64,000 nt of DNA from NCBI GenBank assembly GCA_902766005.1, contig CACXCB010000029.1, positions 539 to 64,538 on the forward strand, given 5' to 3'. A program made the translations under genes and the position numbers. Source of the DNA: an uncultured Erysipelotrichaceae bacterium. GTDB taxonomy: Bacteria; Bacillota_I; Bacilli_A; Erysipelotrichales; Erysipelotrichaceae. The notes below the pieces were generated by a model. The model did no database searches. It worked only from the letters and a program-made list of their open reading frames with translations, and was not told where the DNA came from. Shown here one piece after another: positions 9,974 through 20,638 of the stretch; the stretch's first letter is position 1; every line of letters begins with the position of its first letter.

Positions 9974-10915
9974 TTACATCGAAAGATTGGTCTTTTTTGC
10001 CACAACAGTCTCTTCCGGTTTTTTGGTGCCGCATGCACTGCAGAATGCGCCTTCATTCTCATGCCCGCATTCCGGACAGAACCATTTGACAACCTTCGGC
10101 TTGCCGCAGCCGCTGCAGAACTTGCCGGTATTCAGTGTTCCGCAGGACGGACACTTCCAGGATTTATCAACCGGTTTTGCCGTACCGCAGCCGACACAGA
10201 ACTTGCCGGTATTGCTCTTGCCGCAAGACGGACATGTCCATGTCTCTTTATCGGTTACAGGAGCAGTTGTTGTGACTTCCGGCTTCTTCTCTTCTTCAGG
10301 AAGCGGATATTTTTCCGGTAACAGCGTATGACGGATTTCTTCAGCCATCTTCTCATAATCCTTATAAGCTTTGATCAGCTTTGCCTTAGGTCTGTCTCCT
10401 TCGGTAAGCTCAAAGGAAATGTTGCTAAAGTACGGGCTGTTGATGACAAGATTGATCGTGAATTCATACTCGATTTCGTATTTCTTCGGATTATAGCTGA
10501 TCCTCTTGCCTTCGGCATCCTTGGTGTAAATCTCATCCTTATGTTCCTCAACTTCTATCTCAACATCATTCAGCTGTGAGAGATTGATGATATCGGGATT
10601 GTGGGAACGCCAGTCTGTAGTACGGGTAACAATAAATTTCTTCTGTGCTTCATCGAGATAGATCTTCATTTTTGTACCGAGCACCACGGTCGGGTTCAGG
10701 TACTGCAATTGTGACTTGTTTTCCTCACGATAGGCAAGCTGCTGCTTGATTTCCTCTACAGTGGAAGCCCTTCTGTCTGAAAAGAACGGGGACAGCAATG
10801 ATGCGCAATCCTTGCACATGTTTCCATCGGACAGTTTCCGGTTGCCTAAAAGGCCGATATCCTTACCGCAGATGGAGCATTGTTTTTTCTCAAAAACATT
10901 TCCAAACAAACCCAT
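9974..10915 (-). CDS. DUF4428-type zinc-finger protein with three C-terminal zinc-ribbon repeats
   Basis: N-terminal CSICG...MCKDC and three WxCxxCGxxNxGxFCxxCG units. Confidence 0.8.
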   Translation of the reverse strand: MGLFGNVFEKKQCSICGKDIGLLGNRKLSDGNMCKDCASLLSPFFSDRRASTVEEIKQQLAYREENKSQLQYLNPTVVLGTKMKIYLDEAQKKFIVTRTTDWRSHNPDIINLSQLNDVEIEVEEHKDEIYTKDAEGKRISYNPKKYEIEYEFTINLVINSPYFSNISFELTEGDRPKAKLIKAYKDYEKMAEEIRHTLLPEKYPLPEEEKKPEVTTTAPVTDKETWTCPSCGKSNTGKFCVGCGTAKPVDKSWKCPSCGTLNTGKFCSGCGKPKVVKWFCPECGHENEGAFCSACGTKKPEETVVAKKTNLSM

Positions 10916-10944
10916 ATTACACCTCCTGTGGATTTATTTACGGA

Positions 10945-11493
10945 TTAAACCTTCAGAACTTCTGCGTTCTTTGCCTTGGCAATATCATCAATTTTCTTAA
11001 TGATCTTGTCTGTAATCTTCTGGATTTCTTCCTGTGCATCCTTCTGCACATCTTCATCCATAGTCTTATCCTTCTTGATGATCTGGTTGGCATCACGACG
11101 GATATTTCTGATCTGCACTTTTGCATCTTCAGCAAACTTATTGACTTTCTTTGTCATTTCTTTTCTGGTTTCCCCTGTCAGCTGAGGAACTGTCAGACGA
11201 ATCACGGAGCCGTCATTCTGAGGATTGATGCCGAGATCGGCAACATTGCATGCCTTTTCAATATCTTTCAAACTCTGCGGATCATAAGGCTTGATGATGA
11301 GGGTACGGCCTTCTGAAACAGAAATACCGGCAATCTGGTTGAGAGGTGTAGGTGATCCGTAGTAATCTACCATAACCTTGTTGAGCATGTTGGCATTAGC
11401 CATGCCTGTGCGGACACTGTGCAATTCGCTTTCAAAATGGCTGACAGCCTTCTCCATTTTTTCCTTGCTGGAATCTACAATTGGATAAGTCAT
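10945..11493 (-). CDS. frr: ribosome recycling factor
   Basis: VRTGMAN, YYGSPTPLNQ, IRNIRRD; downstream of pyrH. Confidence 0.97.
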   Translation of the reverse strand: MTYPIVDSSKEKMEKAVSHFESELHSVRTGMANANMLNKVMVDYYGSPTPLNQIAGISVSEGRTLIIKPYDPQSLKDIEKACNVADLGINPQNDGSVIRLTVPQLTGETRKEMTKKVNKFAEDAKVQIRNIRRDANQIIKKDKTMDEDVQKDAQEEIQKITDKIIKKIDDIAKAKNAEVLKV

Positions 11494-11494
11494 A

Positions 11495-12208
11495 TTATTT
11501 TTCCTCCTTATTAATGATCGTACCGATCTTTTCTCCCTTCATAGCTCTGACAATATTGCCGTCTTCATTCATGTTGAATACCATCAGTTCCATATTGTTG
11601 TCCATGCACATGCTGGTAGCTGTGGAATCCATGACCTGCAGGCCTTTGTTCAAAAGATCCATGTATGTCAGATGATCGAATTTCGTCGCTGTAGGATCTT
11701 GTTTCGGATCTGCGGAATAGACGCCGTCAACACCGTTTTTAGCCATGAGAATGACATCTGCCTTAATCTCACTGGCTCTTAATGCAGCTGTTGTATCTGT
11801 TGTAAAATACGGGCTTCCCGTGCCACCGCCGAAAATGAGAACTCTGCCCTTTTCCAAGTGACGGAGTGCCCTTTTCTGAATGAACGGTTCGGAGATCTTC
11901 GGCATGTCAATGGATGTCTGAACCCTTGTATCTACACCAACCGCTTCAAGAGCTGACTGAATTGCACAGGCATTGATGATTGTTGCCAGCATGCCCATGT
12001 AGTCTCCCTGTACTCTGTCAATTCCGATATCTGCCAGCGTCTTGCCGCGGATGAAGTTTCCTCCTCCCACTACAATTGCTATCTGAATGCCGAGATCGCT
12101 CGCTTCTTTTATTTCTTCTGCAAGTGAATGGAGAACAACCGGATCAAAATTTTTTTCCTTTCCGGCCAATGCTTCCCCACTCAGCTTTAATAATACGCGT
12201 TTATACAT
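11495..12208 (-). CDS. pyrH: UMP kinase
   Basis: [28 protein letters not shown]; start at the ATG after GGAGG. Confidence 0.97.
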   Translation of the reverse strand: MYKRVLLKLSGEALAGKEKNFDPVVLHSLAEEIKEASDLGIQIAIVVGGGNFIRGKTLADIGIDRVQGDYMGMLATIINACAIQSALEAVGVDTRVQTSIDMPKISEPFIQKRALRHLEKGRVLIFGGGTGSPYFTTDTTAALRASEIKADVILMAKNGVDGVYSADPKQDPTATKFDHLTYMDLLNKGLQVMDSTATSMCMDNNMELMVFNMNEDGNIVRAMKGEKIGTIINKEEK

Positions 12209-12279
12209 GATTTCCTCCAATCTTTTCTTATTATACCATTTTCATTGCTTTTTCGATATGATTATTGCAGAGGTGAGTT

Positions 12280-13155
12280 ATGGAAAAGTACGGAATTGTT
12301 GATACGGGATCAAACACAATTGTCCTGATCGTTTATGAAATCAAAGAAAACATGCCTCATGTCCTGAAATACATTTCAACGCCTGCCCATCTGATTGATT
12401 ATGTCAAGGATAATACGATGTCAAAACAAGGTATTGAAACAGCTCGCAGGACATTAGCCGAATATGCTTCCATCCTCGATGAAATGGAAATCTATGTCCG
12501 CTATGCGGATATCACCGAACCGGGACGCATACAGAATAGAAACGAGCTGATGGATGCCCTCGCTTCGACCGGCTTCCATGTCATTGCCTTAACCGGAGAA
12601 GAAGAGGCAGCCTGCGATTATTACGGAGCAATGCTGACATACAGGGAAATCAAAGACGGCGTCGCTTTTGATGTCGGCGGCGGTTCTACCGAACTGATCC
12701 GTTTTCAAAACGGGGAATGTATAGATGCCATGAGCTTTCCCTATGGGTGTGTCAGACTGTCTCATCTGTCCCTCGATACCGATATATGTCAGATCGAAAT
12801 CGAAAAAGCAAGAAAACAATATCCTTCCCTGGATATCCATTGCAGCGGCCTGATCGGAATAGGAGGCACAATGAGAGCAGCGGGATTGGTTGTTGATGCA
12901 CTCTATGGCAAACACAGTCCGATGCAGGTGAAGGATCTTGAAGATACATTCCGAAGGCTTCGTGAAAATGAAACAGCAGCAGTAGAGGCCATGAAGCAGA
13001 TTGTCAACGTTGCAAGGATACCTGTCTTTCTGCCCGGCATTCATATGATTCTGGAAATCTGCCATGCCTTTCATGCAAAACATATCTATGTCTCTGAAAC
13101 CGGTATTCGTGAGGGATTTTTACTCAAATACGTTTTAAAGCAGGAATTATTATAA
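12280..13155 (+). CDS. ppx: Ppx/GppA family exopolyphosphatase (short form)
   Basis: IVDTGSNT, GEEEA, DVGGGSTE, GIGGT, GIREG ASKHA motifs. Confidence 0.88.
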   Translation: MEKYGIVDTGSNTIVLIVYEIKENMPHVLKYISTPAHLIDYVKDNTMSKQGIETARRTLAEYASILDEMEIYVRYADITEPGRIQNRNELMDALASTGFHVIALTGEEEAACDYYGAMLTYREIKDGVAFDVGGGSTELIRFQNGECIDAMSFPYGCVRLSHLSLDTDICQIEIEKARKQYPSLDIHCSGLIGIGGTMRAAGLVVDALYGKHSPMQVKDLEDTFRRLRENETAAVEAMKQIVNVARIPVFLPGIHMILEICHAFHAKHIYVSETGIREGFLLKYVLKQELL

Positions 13156-13218
13156 TTTTCTTACGATACTTTTCCTCTTGCGGATTTGTGATACAATACA
13201 AACGGAGGTATATAAATT

Positions 13219-13461
13219 ATGATTTCAATATTGCTTGATCTGATTATCGGTGCAATTGCAGGATACATCGTTACCACCTTCATGAAGATGGACAACTCTA
13301 ATATGATGTTTAACTGCTGCCTGGGTATTGCGGGCGGCATTGTCGGAGGAATGATCGGAGGTATACTGCATATCGGCCCAAGAGGCCTGATCGGTCATCT
13401 TGTCTTCGCCATTGCAGGTGCGGGTCTATTGATCTGGCTGTACCGTAAATTTGTCAAATAG
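13219..13461 (+). CDS. GlsB/YeaQ/YmgE (transglycosylase-associated) small membrane protein
   Basis: IIGAIAGY...LGIAGGIVGG...AIAGAGLL pattern, 80 aa. Confidence 0.85.
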   Translation: MISILLDLIIGAIAGYIVTTFMKMDNSNMMFNCCLGIAGGIVGGMIGGILHIGPRGLIGHLVFAIAGAGLLIWLYRKFVK

Positions 13462-13467
13462 ATGATG

Positions 13468-13553
13468 AAAAAGGAACACCTCGCAAAGTGTTCCTTTTTT
13501 CAAAGAAAATTCGACATTTCACCATGAAAAAAGGCTGATGATTCAGCCTTTTT
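13468..13553. terminator. two back-to-back intrinsic terminators
   Basis: AAAAGGAACAC...GTGTTCCTTTT and AAAAAGGCTGA-tgat-TCAGCCTTTTT. Confidence 0.8.
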
Positions 13554-13562
13554 ATAGGTTTC

Positions 13563-14453
13563 TTATTTGGAAGCCATTGCAGCAACTTCAGCTGCGAAGT
13601 TGTCTTCCTTCTTCTCAATGCCTTCACCGACAGTGTACTTGACGAATGTACGTACTTCGGAGTTGTTAGCCTTGAGATAGCCACCGCACTTCTGATCTGT
13701 ATCGAGGAAGAATTCCTGATCAACGAGGCACATTTCCTGCAAGCTCTTGGAGAGTCTGCCTTCAACGATGCCTGCTTTAACCTTGTCAGGCTTGGAAGCC
13801 AGGTTTGCATCGTTAGCAACGATACCTTCCTGAATTTCTCTCTCGTGATCGATAACTTCTTTCGGCATATCGTTACGGCTGACATATGTAGGATTCATGG
13901 AAGCAACCTGCATAGCCATGTTCTTTGCGATCTGCGGATCTGTTCCCTTCAATACAACAACAGCAGCAATTCTGCCACCCTGGTGGATGTAGGAACCGAA
14001 GATTTCATCATCGCCCTTTTCGAGAACTTCAAATCTTCTCAATGTGATGTTTTCGCCGATAACTGCTACTGCATTGACGATTGCATCTTTCAGGGAGATG
14101 CCTTCTGCAGTTGTCAGAGCCAGAGCTTCATCAACTGTCTTTGCATCAGCATCGATGATTGTCTTAAGTGTTGTATCCATAAGAGCAAGGAACTTGTCAT
14201 TTTTAGCGACGAAGTCTGTCTCGGAGTTGATTTCAACGATAGCAGCCTTGTTGCCTTCGATCAGGATTCTGGACAGACCTTCAGCAGCGATTCTGCCTTC
14301 CTTCTTAGCAGCCTTTGCCAGACCGTTTTCACGGAGCCAGTCAATCGCCTTTTTGATATCGCCGTCAGTCTCAACAAGAGCTTTTTTGCAGTCCATCATG
14401 CCTGCGCCTGTGAGTTCACGTAATTCTTTAACCTGTTTTGCTGTTACTGCCAT
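13563..14453 (-). CDS. tsf: translation elongation factor Ts
   Basis: VKELRELTGAGMMDCKKAL, EINSETDFVA. Confidence 0.98.
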   Translation of the reverse strand: MAVTAKQVKELRELTGAGMMDCKKALVETDGDIKKAIDWLRENGLAKAAKKEGRIAAEGLSRILIEGNKAAIVEINSETDFVAKNDKFLALMDTTLKTIIDADAKTVDEALALTTAEGISLKDAIVNAVAVIGENITLRRFEVLEKGDDEIFGSYIHQGGRIAAVVVLKGTDPQIAKNMAMQVASMNPTYVSRNDMPKEVIDHEREIQEGIVANDANLASKPDKVKAGIVEGRLSKSLQEMCLVDQEFFLDTDQKCGGYLKANNSEVRTFVKYTVGEGIEKKEDNFAAEVAAMASK

Positions 14454-15400
14454 TATTCTGCTACCTCCTTTGCCGGAGCATCTTCTTTTGCAGCTTCTGC
14501 TTCTGCCGGTTTAGCAGCTGCACGGTTGCCATTAGCGTCTCTGCGGAAGACACGTCTTTCGCCGTTGTAACGTCTCTGCTGCATCTGTGCATGACGCTCT
14601 TCATATTTCTGTCTTCTCTTACGTTCAAATTCAGCAGCCTGCTGTTCAACGTTGATGATGACATCTTTCATTGTGATATCTTCAACTGTTTCATCTTCCT
14701 GGTAAGCATTTTCGAGAACGCCGCCCTTTGCTTCAACAACTGCATCAGCAATTAAGCTGACCATCAGTTTGATGGAACGAAGTGCATCGTCGTTTGAAGG
14801 AATCGGATAATCTACAGAATCCGGATCAGCGTTTGTATCGATTAATGCGAATACAGGAATACCGAGCTTCTTAGCTTCTGCAACTGCATTGTGCTCTTCA
14901 AGAGGGTCAACAACGAAGATTGCATCAGGAAGCTTCTTCATCTCTTTAATACCGCCGAGGAAGTTGTCGAGTCTTTCTTTCTTCTTCAGCAATACGGACT
15001 GTTCCTTCTTTGTGTAAACATTGATTGTTCCGCTTGTTTCCATCTCTTCGATTTCAAGCAATCTCTTGATGGATCTCTGAATTGTACGGAAGTTTGTCAA
15101 TGTACCACCGAGCCATCTCTGGTTTACATAGAAACTGCCGGAACGCAGTGCTTCTTCAAGAATAGCAGCCTGTGCCTGTTTCTTTGTACCGACAAACAGG
15201 ATCTTTCCGCCGTCTTCCGTAATCTTCTTGATTGCCTGATAAGCAACATCGAGCTGTTCACGTGTCTTTTCCAGATCGATGATGTAGACACCGTTTTTAG
15301 CGGTGTAGATGTATGGTTTCATTTTTGGGTTCCACTTACGTGTCTGGTGACCAAAATGAACGCCATTTTCGAGCATTTTCCTCATTGAAACAACAGCCAT
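14453..15400 (-). CDS. rpsB: 30S ribosomal protein S2 with long C-terminal extension
   Basis: [32 protein letters not shown]. Confidence 0.98.
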   Translation of the reverse strand: MAVVSMRKMLENGVHFGHQTRKWNPKMKPYIYTAKNGVYIIDLEKTREQLDVAYQAIKKITEDGGKILFVGTKKQAQAAILEEALRSGSFYVNQRWLGGTLTNFRTIQRSIKRLLEIEEMETSGTINVYTKKEQSVLLKKKERLDNFLGGIKEMKKLPDAIFVVDPLEEHNAVAEAKKLGIPVFALIDTNADPDSVDYPIPSNDDALRSIKLMVSLIADAVVEAKGGVLENAYQEDETVEDITMKDVIINVEQQAAEFERKRRQKYEERHAQMQQRRYNGERRVFRRDANGNRAAAKPAEAEAAKEDAPAKEVAE

Positions 15401-15500
15401 TTTTTTACCTCACTTTCCGTTGTTTTCCGCCACAGTTTCGAACTCCGCCAACACGCTTAGCATGCACGGGACGGTGAATCCACTGTGTGAGAAGTACATC
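15401..15500 (-). promoter_or_regulatory. rpsB 5' leader (S2 autoregulatory RNA-like)
   Basis: CACACAG...CGTGC...CTGTGGCGG structured leader directly upstream of rpsB, resembling known rpsB leaders. Confidence 0.6.
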
Positions 15501-15529
15501 TTTTGCATAGAAAAAAGATGCCAAAGAAA

Positions 15530-15558
15530 ATACTACCATACTTTGGCATCCCGGTAAA
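15530..15558 (-). promoter_or_regulatory. sigma-A type promoter of rpsB-tsf
   Basis: TTTACC-17 nt-TAGTAT with a TG extension. Confidence 0.55.
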
Positions 15559-15561
15559 GCA

Positions 15562-16482
15562 TTATTTCTTTTTTGCATGCGGATGTGCGGAATCCACAAC
15601 TTTTTTCAGGCGGTCCTGTGTCACATGCGTATAAATCTGTGTCGTTGAAAGGTCTTCATGGCCCAGAAGTTCCTGTACGATTCTTAAATCCGCTCCGTTA
15701 TCCAGCATGTGGGTCGCATACGAATGACGAAGCATATGCGGATGAATGTGCATGCCGATCCCTGCTTTTTCCGCAGCTTCTTCCACGATCAGCTGGATGC
15801 TTCTTGGGGTGATCTTATTGCCCTTCTGTGAGACAAACAGATACCCGTGCTCTTTTTTCCCTTTCATGAATTTCGGTCTTGAAAATGTCAGATAATAATC
15901 GATCAGCTGGCCGCATCTTGGATAAAACGGCGTCATCCTTTCCTTACTCTCCTTGCCGAGGATCGTCAGATATCTTTCCTGCAGATGGATGTTTTTGATC
16001 TCAACGGATGCGCATTCCGATACACGCAAGCCGCAGGCATACATCACTTCGATCATGCACCGGTTTCTGACTTCCACTTCATTCTGCAGATCGTAACAGT
16101 TCAGGATGGTTTCAATCTGGTCGTACGTCAAAAACTCCGGGAGTTTTCTTTTCGAGGAAGCACCGTGAAACAATCTGACAGGATTGACTTCAATTCCCTC
16201 ATACCGGTTGATATAATGGTAAAACGATTTAATAGCCGAAAGATTTCTTGCATAGCTGCTGTTAGCCAGCTCCCTGTCGGAGAATTCTCCCCCTTTTAAA
16301 AGAGCGAGGTATTCACTGATCTCCTCTTTGCCGACATCCTGCAATGAAGCATAATCATTTTCTTTCAGATAGTTTAGGAATCTGCCGACATCCCTGCGAT
16401 ATGCATCCTGCGTGTCCTCGGAACCGGTCCGATAGATTTTCATGTGCGCCAGAAATCTGTCTAACAGGACGTCATAATCCAT
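15562..16482 (-). CDS. xerC: XerC/CodV tyrosine recombinase
   Basis: [40 protein letters not shown]; topA-trmFO-xerC order. Confidence 0.92.
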   Translation of the reverse strand: MDYDVLLDRFLAHMKIYRTGSEDTQDAYRRDVGRFLNYLKENDYASLQDVGKEEISEYLALLKGGEFSDRELANSSYARNLSAIKSFYHYINRYEGIEVNPVRLFHGASSKRKLPEFLTYDQIETILNCYDLQNEVEVRNRCMIEVMYACGLRVSECASVEIKNIHLQERYLTILGKESKERMTPFYPRCGQLIDYYLTFSRPKFMKGKKEHGYLFVSQKGNKITPRSIQLIVEEAAEKAGIGMHIHPHMLRHSYATHMLDNGADLRIVQELLGHEDLSTTQIYTHVTQDRLKKVVDSAHPHAKKK

Positions 16483-17761
16483 TTTTCACAAACTCCGTTA
16501 TCATCGGAAGGGATTGCTTTGCATAAGCTTCCTTCTTTTCTTTCTTTTTCACTTTTTCCTTCAGGTGCATGATGCCGAAGTTGGCATTCATCGGCTGGAA
16601 GTGATCCGGATCCCCATGTACGATATAGTGTGCCATGGCACCGATCATCGTTTCCGGTCCGAAGACAATCTCTTCTTTTCCGCTCAGTTTTCTTGCGAGG
16701 TTGATTCCTGCCACCATGCCGCTGGCTGACGATTCCACATAGCCTTCCACGCCGGTCATCTGTCCGGCAAAATACAGGAAATCCCTCTCTTTGAAACGAT
16801 AGCTCTCGGTGAGATACAGGGGACTGTTGATATACGTATTGCGGTGCATGACGCCATAGCGGACAATTTCACAATGTTCCAAACCCGGAATCATCTGCAG
16901 GATTCTCTTTTGCTCGCCCCATTTCAGATGCGTCTGGAAGCCGACGACGTTGTAAAGCGTATCCTCTTTGTTGTCTTGGCGCAATTGCACAACCGCATAA
17001 GGACGCATGCCGTCCTTTTCCAGTCCGACCGGTTTCATTGGACCGAATAACAATGTGTTTCTGCCTCTTTTTGCCATGACTTCAAAAGGCATGCAGCCTT
17101 CAAAGTAAACCTCTTTTTCAAAGGAATGCAGCTCGGCGGTTTCAGCGGTAATCAGCGCTTGGTAGAATGCATCAAACTCCTCCATGGTCATGGGGCAATT
17201 GATGTAATCCGCCGTGCCTTTATCATATCTGGATTTGCGATAGGCTTTGGTAAAATCAATGGATTCCTTGGTGACGATCGGTGCTGCCGCATCATAGAAA
17301 TAGCAGTATTTCTGATCGATCAGTTTGCCGATTGCAGAGGACATGGCATCAGATGTCAGCGGGCCTGTGGCGATGATGCACGGTTCATCGGGAATCTGAT
17401 CCGCTTCTGCTTCAACAATTTCAATATTGGGATGATTTCGTACCGTGCCATCAATCATCTGTGCAAATCTGACTCTGTCTACAGCCAATGCGCTTCCGGC
17501 CGGAATTCTTGTTTCATCAGCCGCTTTCATGATCAGGGAATCCATGCTGCGCATTTCTTCCTTCAGCAAGCCTACCGCATTGGTCAGTGCATCCGACCTG
17601 AGCGAATTGGAACATACCAATTCTGCGAAAAGATCGGAATGATGTGCCGGAGTTTTTTTGGAAGGCTTCATTTCCACCAATTTGACATGAATGCCTCTTT
17701 TTGCAAGCTGATAAGCAGCTTCACAACCGGCAAGTCCTGCACCTATGACAATCGCTTTCAT
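16472..17761 (-). CDS. trmFO: tRNA (uracil-5)-methyltransferase TrmFO (Gid)
   Basis: [35 protein letters not shown]. Confidence 0.97.
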   Translation of the reverse strand: MKAIVIGAGLAGCEAAYQLAKRGIHVKLVEMKPSKKTPAHHSDLFAELVCSNSLRSDALTNAVGLLKEEMRSMDSLIMKAADETRIPAGSALAVDRVRFAQMIDGTVRNHPNIEIVEAEADQIPDEPCIIATGPLTSDAMSSAIGKLIDQKYCYFYDAAAPIVTKESIDFTKAYRKSRYDKGTADYINCPMTMEEFDAFYQALITAETAELHSFEKEVYFEGCMPFEVMAKRGRNTLLFGPMKPVGLEKDGMRPYAVVQLRQDNKEDTLYNVVGFQTHLKWGEQKRILQMIPGLEHCEIVRYGVMHRNTYINSPLYLTESYRFKERDFLYFAGQMTGVEGYVESSASGMVAGINLARKLSGKEEIVFGPETMIGAMAHYIVHGDPDHFQPMNANFGIMHLKEKVKKKEKKEAYAKQSLPMITEFVKNGL

Positions 17762-19821
17762 GACTTCGCTGCCTTTCTTCTGCGCTTAGTCGCAGTTGTT
17801 TTCTTTCCGGTTTTCCTGCTCTTTGTCTTTGCGACAATCTTTTCACCTTCCAGGCTTTCCATATAAGTGCAATCCGGGAAGTTGGAACAGCCGAGGAAAT
17901 ACGTGCCGTAACGGGATTTTCTCTTTAACAGCTCATGGCCGCAATCCGGACAAATCTTTCCGGTCGGTTCCGGTTTTTCCTTTGTCTCGTCTTCGATCTG
18001 TCTGGTGTAACGGCACTTTGGGAAATTGGCACAGGAGATGAACTTTCCGAATCTGCCGACACGGTAAACAAGCTCTCCGCCGCATTCCGGGCATGTCTCT
18101 CCGACCTTTTCCGGCTGAATCTTTTCCATGCCTTCATATGCCTTTTCCAGAAGCGGCTGGAAGCGGTCATAAAAATCACGCAATGTTTTGACTTCCTGTG
18201 CGGATCCTTCCGCAATATCATCGAGTTTTCCCTCCATGTAGGAAGTGTAATCGACATTGATGATATCCGAGAAGAATTCATCCAGTTTTTCCGTCGTCAG
18301 AATGCCCTGCTCACTCGGCACAAATACGCGTGTTCTGCTTTTCGGTGAGGATCTTTCCAGGCTGACATAGCCTCTTGCCTGGATTGTATCAATAATCATG
18401 GCGTAGGTCGAAGGCCTGCCGATGCCGTCTTCCTCCAGTGCTTTGATCAGCCTTGCCTCGGTATAACGGGAAGGCGGTTCAGTGAAGTGCTGGTTTGGCT
18501 TGAGCTCTTTTGCTGAGATCTTTTCCCCTTCTTCAAGCGGCGGCAGAATGACATCCTTGGAATTGTCATATTCGGCATAAGCCTTTAAGTAACCGTCGAA
18601 CTTCAGCGTGCTGCCCTGCGTTGTAAAATCATAACCGTTTTGTGACAGCGTCACGGACAGAGAGTCATATTTTGCGGCTGCCATCAGGGATGCAAGCGCA
18701 CGCGCATAGATCATCTTATACAGCTTGTACTGCTCGTTTGTCAGATACGGCTTAACTCTTTCGGGAGTGTTATTGATATTGGTAGGACGAATGGCCTCAT
18801 GGGCATCTTGGGAATTTGCATCATTTTTTACACGATAATATCCGAGATACTGTTTTCCATACTCATCTGCAATCTTTCCTCTTGCCGCATTGACATATGT
18901 GTCCGAAAGTCTCGTGCTGTCGGTTCTCATATATGTAATCAAGCCTTCTTCACCATTGCCGATATCCACACCCTCATAAAGCTTCTGGGCAATCGACATT
19001 GTTCTTTTGGAACTGAAGGAAAGCTTGTTGACAGCTTCCTGCTGCAAAGTGCTGGTGATAAACGGCGGGTTAGGATTTCTTTTCCTTTCCGACTCCTTTA
19101 TTTCGGAAATCGTAAATACGCCCTGGCATGCATCATAAGCAGCTTTTGCCTCGGCTTCATTGTTCAACTTGGCTTTCTCCCCGTTGATTTTCGACAGGGA
19201 TGCATTGAACTCCTTCTCATCCTTTTCAAACTTGGCATCCAATGTCCAGTATTCCTGCGGCACAAATGCCTGTATTTCCTTTTCACGGTCAACAATCAGC
19301 TTCAATGCAACAGATTGAACCCTGCCGGCACTTTTCGACTTGATCTTGTTGTTGAGGAGCTTTGAAAGCTTGAAACCAATAATGCGGTCCAGGATTCTTC
19401 TTGTCTCCTGGGAATGGACGAGATCCATGTCAATTTTGCGGGGATTCTGAAATGCATCAATGACCGCATTTTTTGTAATTTCATGGAATGTCACACGATC
19501 AGCTTCATCCTCAGGCAGTCCCAGTTCCTGAGCAAGATGCCAGCTGATGGCCTCTCCTTCACGGTCGGGATCGGTTGCCAGATATACATAGTCCGCTTTG
19601 GATGCCTGTGCTTTCAGCTCCTTGACCGTTTGTGTCTTGTCCTTGCTGATTTCATAAACAGGGGCAAAGTCATTTTCAATATCGACTCCGAGCCCCTCTT
19701 TGCCGCGGATGGCAAGATCTCTGATATGTCCCTTACTGGAGACAACCGTATAATCCTTGCCAAGGTATTTGCCAATGGTTTTGGATTTTGACGGTGACTC
19801 CACAATCACTAAATTCTTCAT
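17758..19821 (-). CDS. topA: DNA topoisomerase I
   Basis: [32 protein letters not shown] and two C-terminal zinc ribbons. Confidence 0.98.
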   Translation of the reverse strand: MKNLVIVESPSKSKTIGKYLGKDYTVVSSKGHIRDLAIRGKEGLGVDIENDFAPVYEISKDKTQTVKELKAQASKADYVYLATDPDREGEAISWHLAQELGLPEDEADRVTFHEITKNAVIDAFQNPRKIDMDLVHSQETRRILDRIIGFKLSKLLNNKIKSKSAGRVQSVALKLIVDREKEIQAFVPQEYWTLDAKFEKDEKEFNASLSKINGEKAKLNNEAEAKAAYDACQGVFTISEIKESERKRNPNPPFITSTLQQEAVNKLSFSSKRTMSIAQKLYEGVDIGNGEEGLITYMRTDSTRLSDTYVNAARGKIADEYGKQYLGYYRVKNDANSQDAHEAIRPTNINNTPERVKPYLTNEQYKLYKMIYARALASLMAAAKYDSLSVTLSQNGYDFTTQGSTLKFDGYLKAYAEYDNSKDVILPPLEEGEKISAKELKPNQHFTEPPSRYTEARLIKALEEDGIGRPSTYAMIIDTIQARGYVSLERSSPKSRTRVFVPSEQGILTTEKLDEFFSDIINVDYTSYMEGKLDDIAEGSAQEVKTLRDFYDRFQPLLEKAYEGMEKIQPEKVGETCPECGGELVYRVGRFGKFISCANFPKCRYTRQIEDETKEKPEPTGKICPDCGHELLKRKSRYGTYFLGCSNFPDCTYMESLEGEKIVAKTKSRKTGKKTTATKRRRKAAKS

Positions 19822-19826
19822 TGCAT

Positions 19827-20588
19827 TTACTCCTTCAAGTTTTTGCGATGAGCTATATCCCTCAGCTGACTGATATCATAAAGGATCATCGCTCCTTCTG
19901 CAATCAATTTGTTACAACCCTCTCCTTCGGGATAACCGAAAGGATAAGGAAAACAGTAAATATCACGATTCATTTCCAATGCTTCGTTTACCGTCAGCAT
20001 TGTTCCTGAATGCATTCTGGCCTGTGTCACAACCGTTAACGAGCCAAGTGCGGCAAGAATCCGGTTGCGCCAGGGAAAATGATAGCGTTGCACGCCGACA
20101 TGTTCCGGAAATTCACTGAGAATCAAATCACTCTGTCGCATCTTTTCATAGAGATGCAGATTCTCCTTTGGATAGCATGTTTTTAAGCCACTGCCGATGA
20201 CGCCGATTGTATGTCCGCCATCCATTGCTCTTTCGTGTACGCATGCATCAGCTCCCTTTGCCATGCCGGAAACTAGAACATGGCTTTCTTTCAGAATGTC
20301 TGCAGCTTTTTCGGTCACTTTTTTCCCATAAGGGCTGATGTTCCTTGAGCCGACAATGGTTGCCATCGGTTTCTTCAGCAAAGAAATATCTCCCTGATAG
20401 AAGAGTATCCATGGGGGACACTGCAGATCCATCAGCGATGAAGGATATTCCTCATCAAAAATCGTAATGTATTTTTCTTTGATCGGATGCGACAGTGGAT
20501 CTTCCTGTGCCTCCATTGCATTTCTGATCTTCTGCCAGTTTCCGTTATAGCGGTATGCATATGCCGCAATTAAATCTCTTTTTTCCAT
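19827..20588 (-). CDS. dprA: DNA-processing protein DprA
   Basis: IVGSR, VSGMAKGAD, FPWRNRI, SGTMLT; upstream of topA. Confidence 0.93.
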   Translation of the reverse strand: MEKRDLIAAYAYRYNGNWQKIRNAMEAQEDPLSHPIKEKYITIFDEEYPSSLMDLQCPPWILFYQGDISLLKKPMATIVGSRNISPYGKKVTEKAADILKESHVLVSGMAKGADACVHERAMDGGHTIGVIGSGLKTCYPKENLHLYEKMRQSDLILSEFPEHVGVQRYHFPWRNRILAALGSLTVVTQARMHSGTMLTVNEALEMNRDIYCFPYPFGYPEGEGCNKLIAEGAMILYDISQLRDIAHRKNLKE

Positions 20589-20638
20589 TTTTCCTCCTAT
20601 ATTACTTATAGAAAGAAAAAACGTTATTTTTTCAGAAT

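Noticed and set aside
13845-15388. long + strand ORFs antisense to tsf and rpsB (similar ones lie over pdp, topA, der and the M23 gene)
   Set aside because: shadow frames produced by codon bias of the real - strand genes; no SD or recognisable motifs
15562-16482. tyrosine recombinase as a possible mobile-element integrase
   Set aside because: sits in the housekeeping topA-trmFO-xerC position with no att repeats or cargo
20618-20630. AAAA-N5-TTTT (ComK AT-box-like) upstream of dprA
   Set aside because: only one box is visible, ComK needs a spaced pair, and the motif is common in AT-rich DNA
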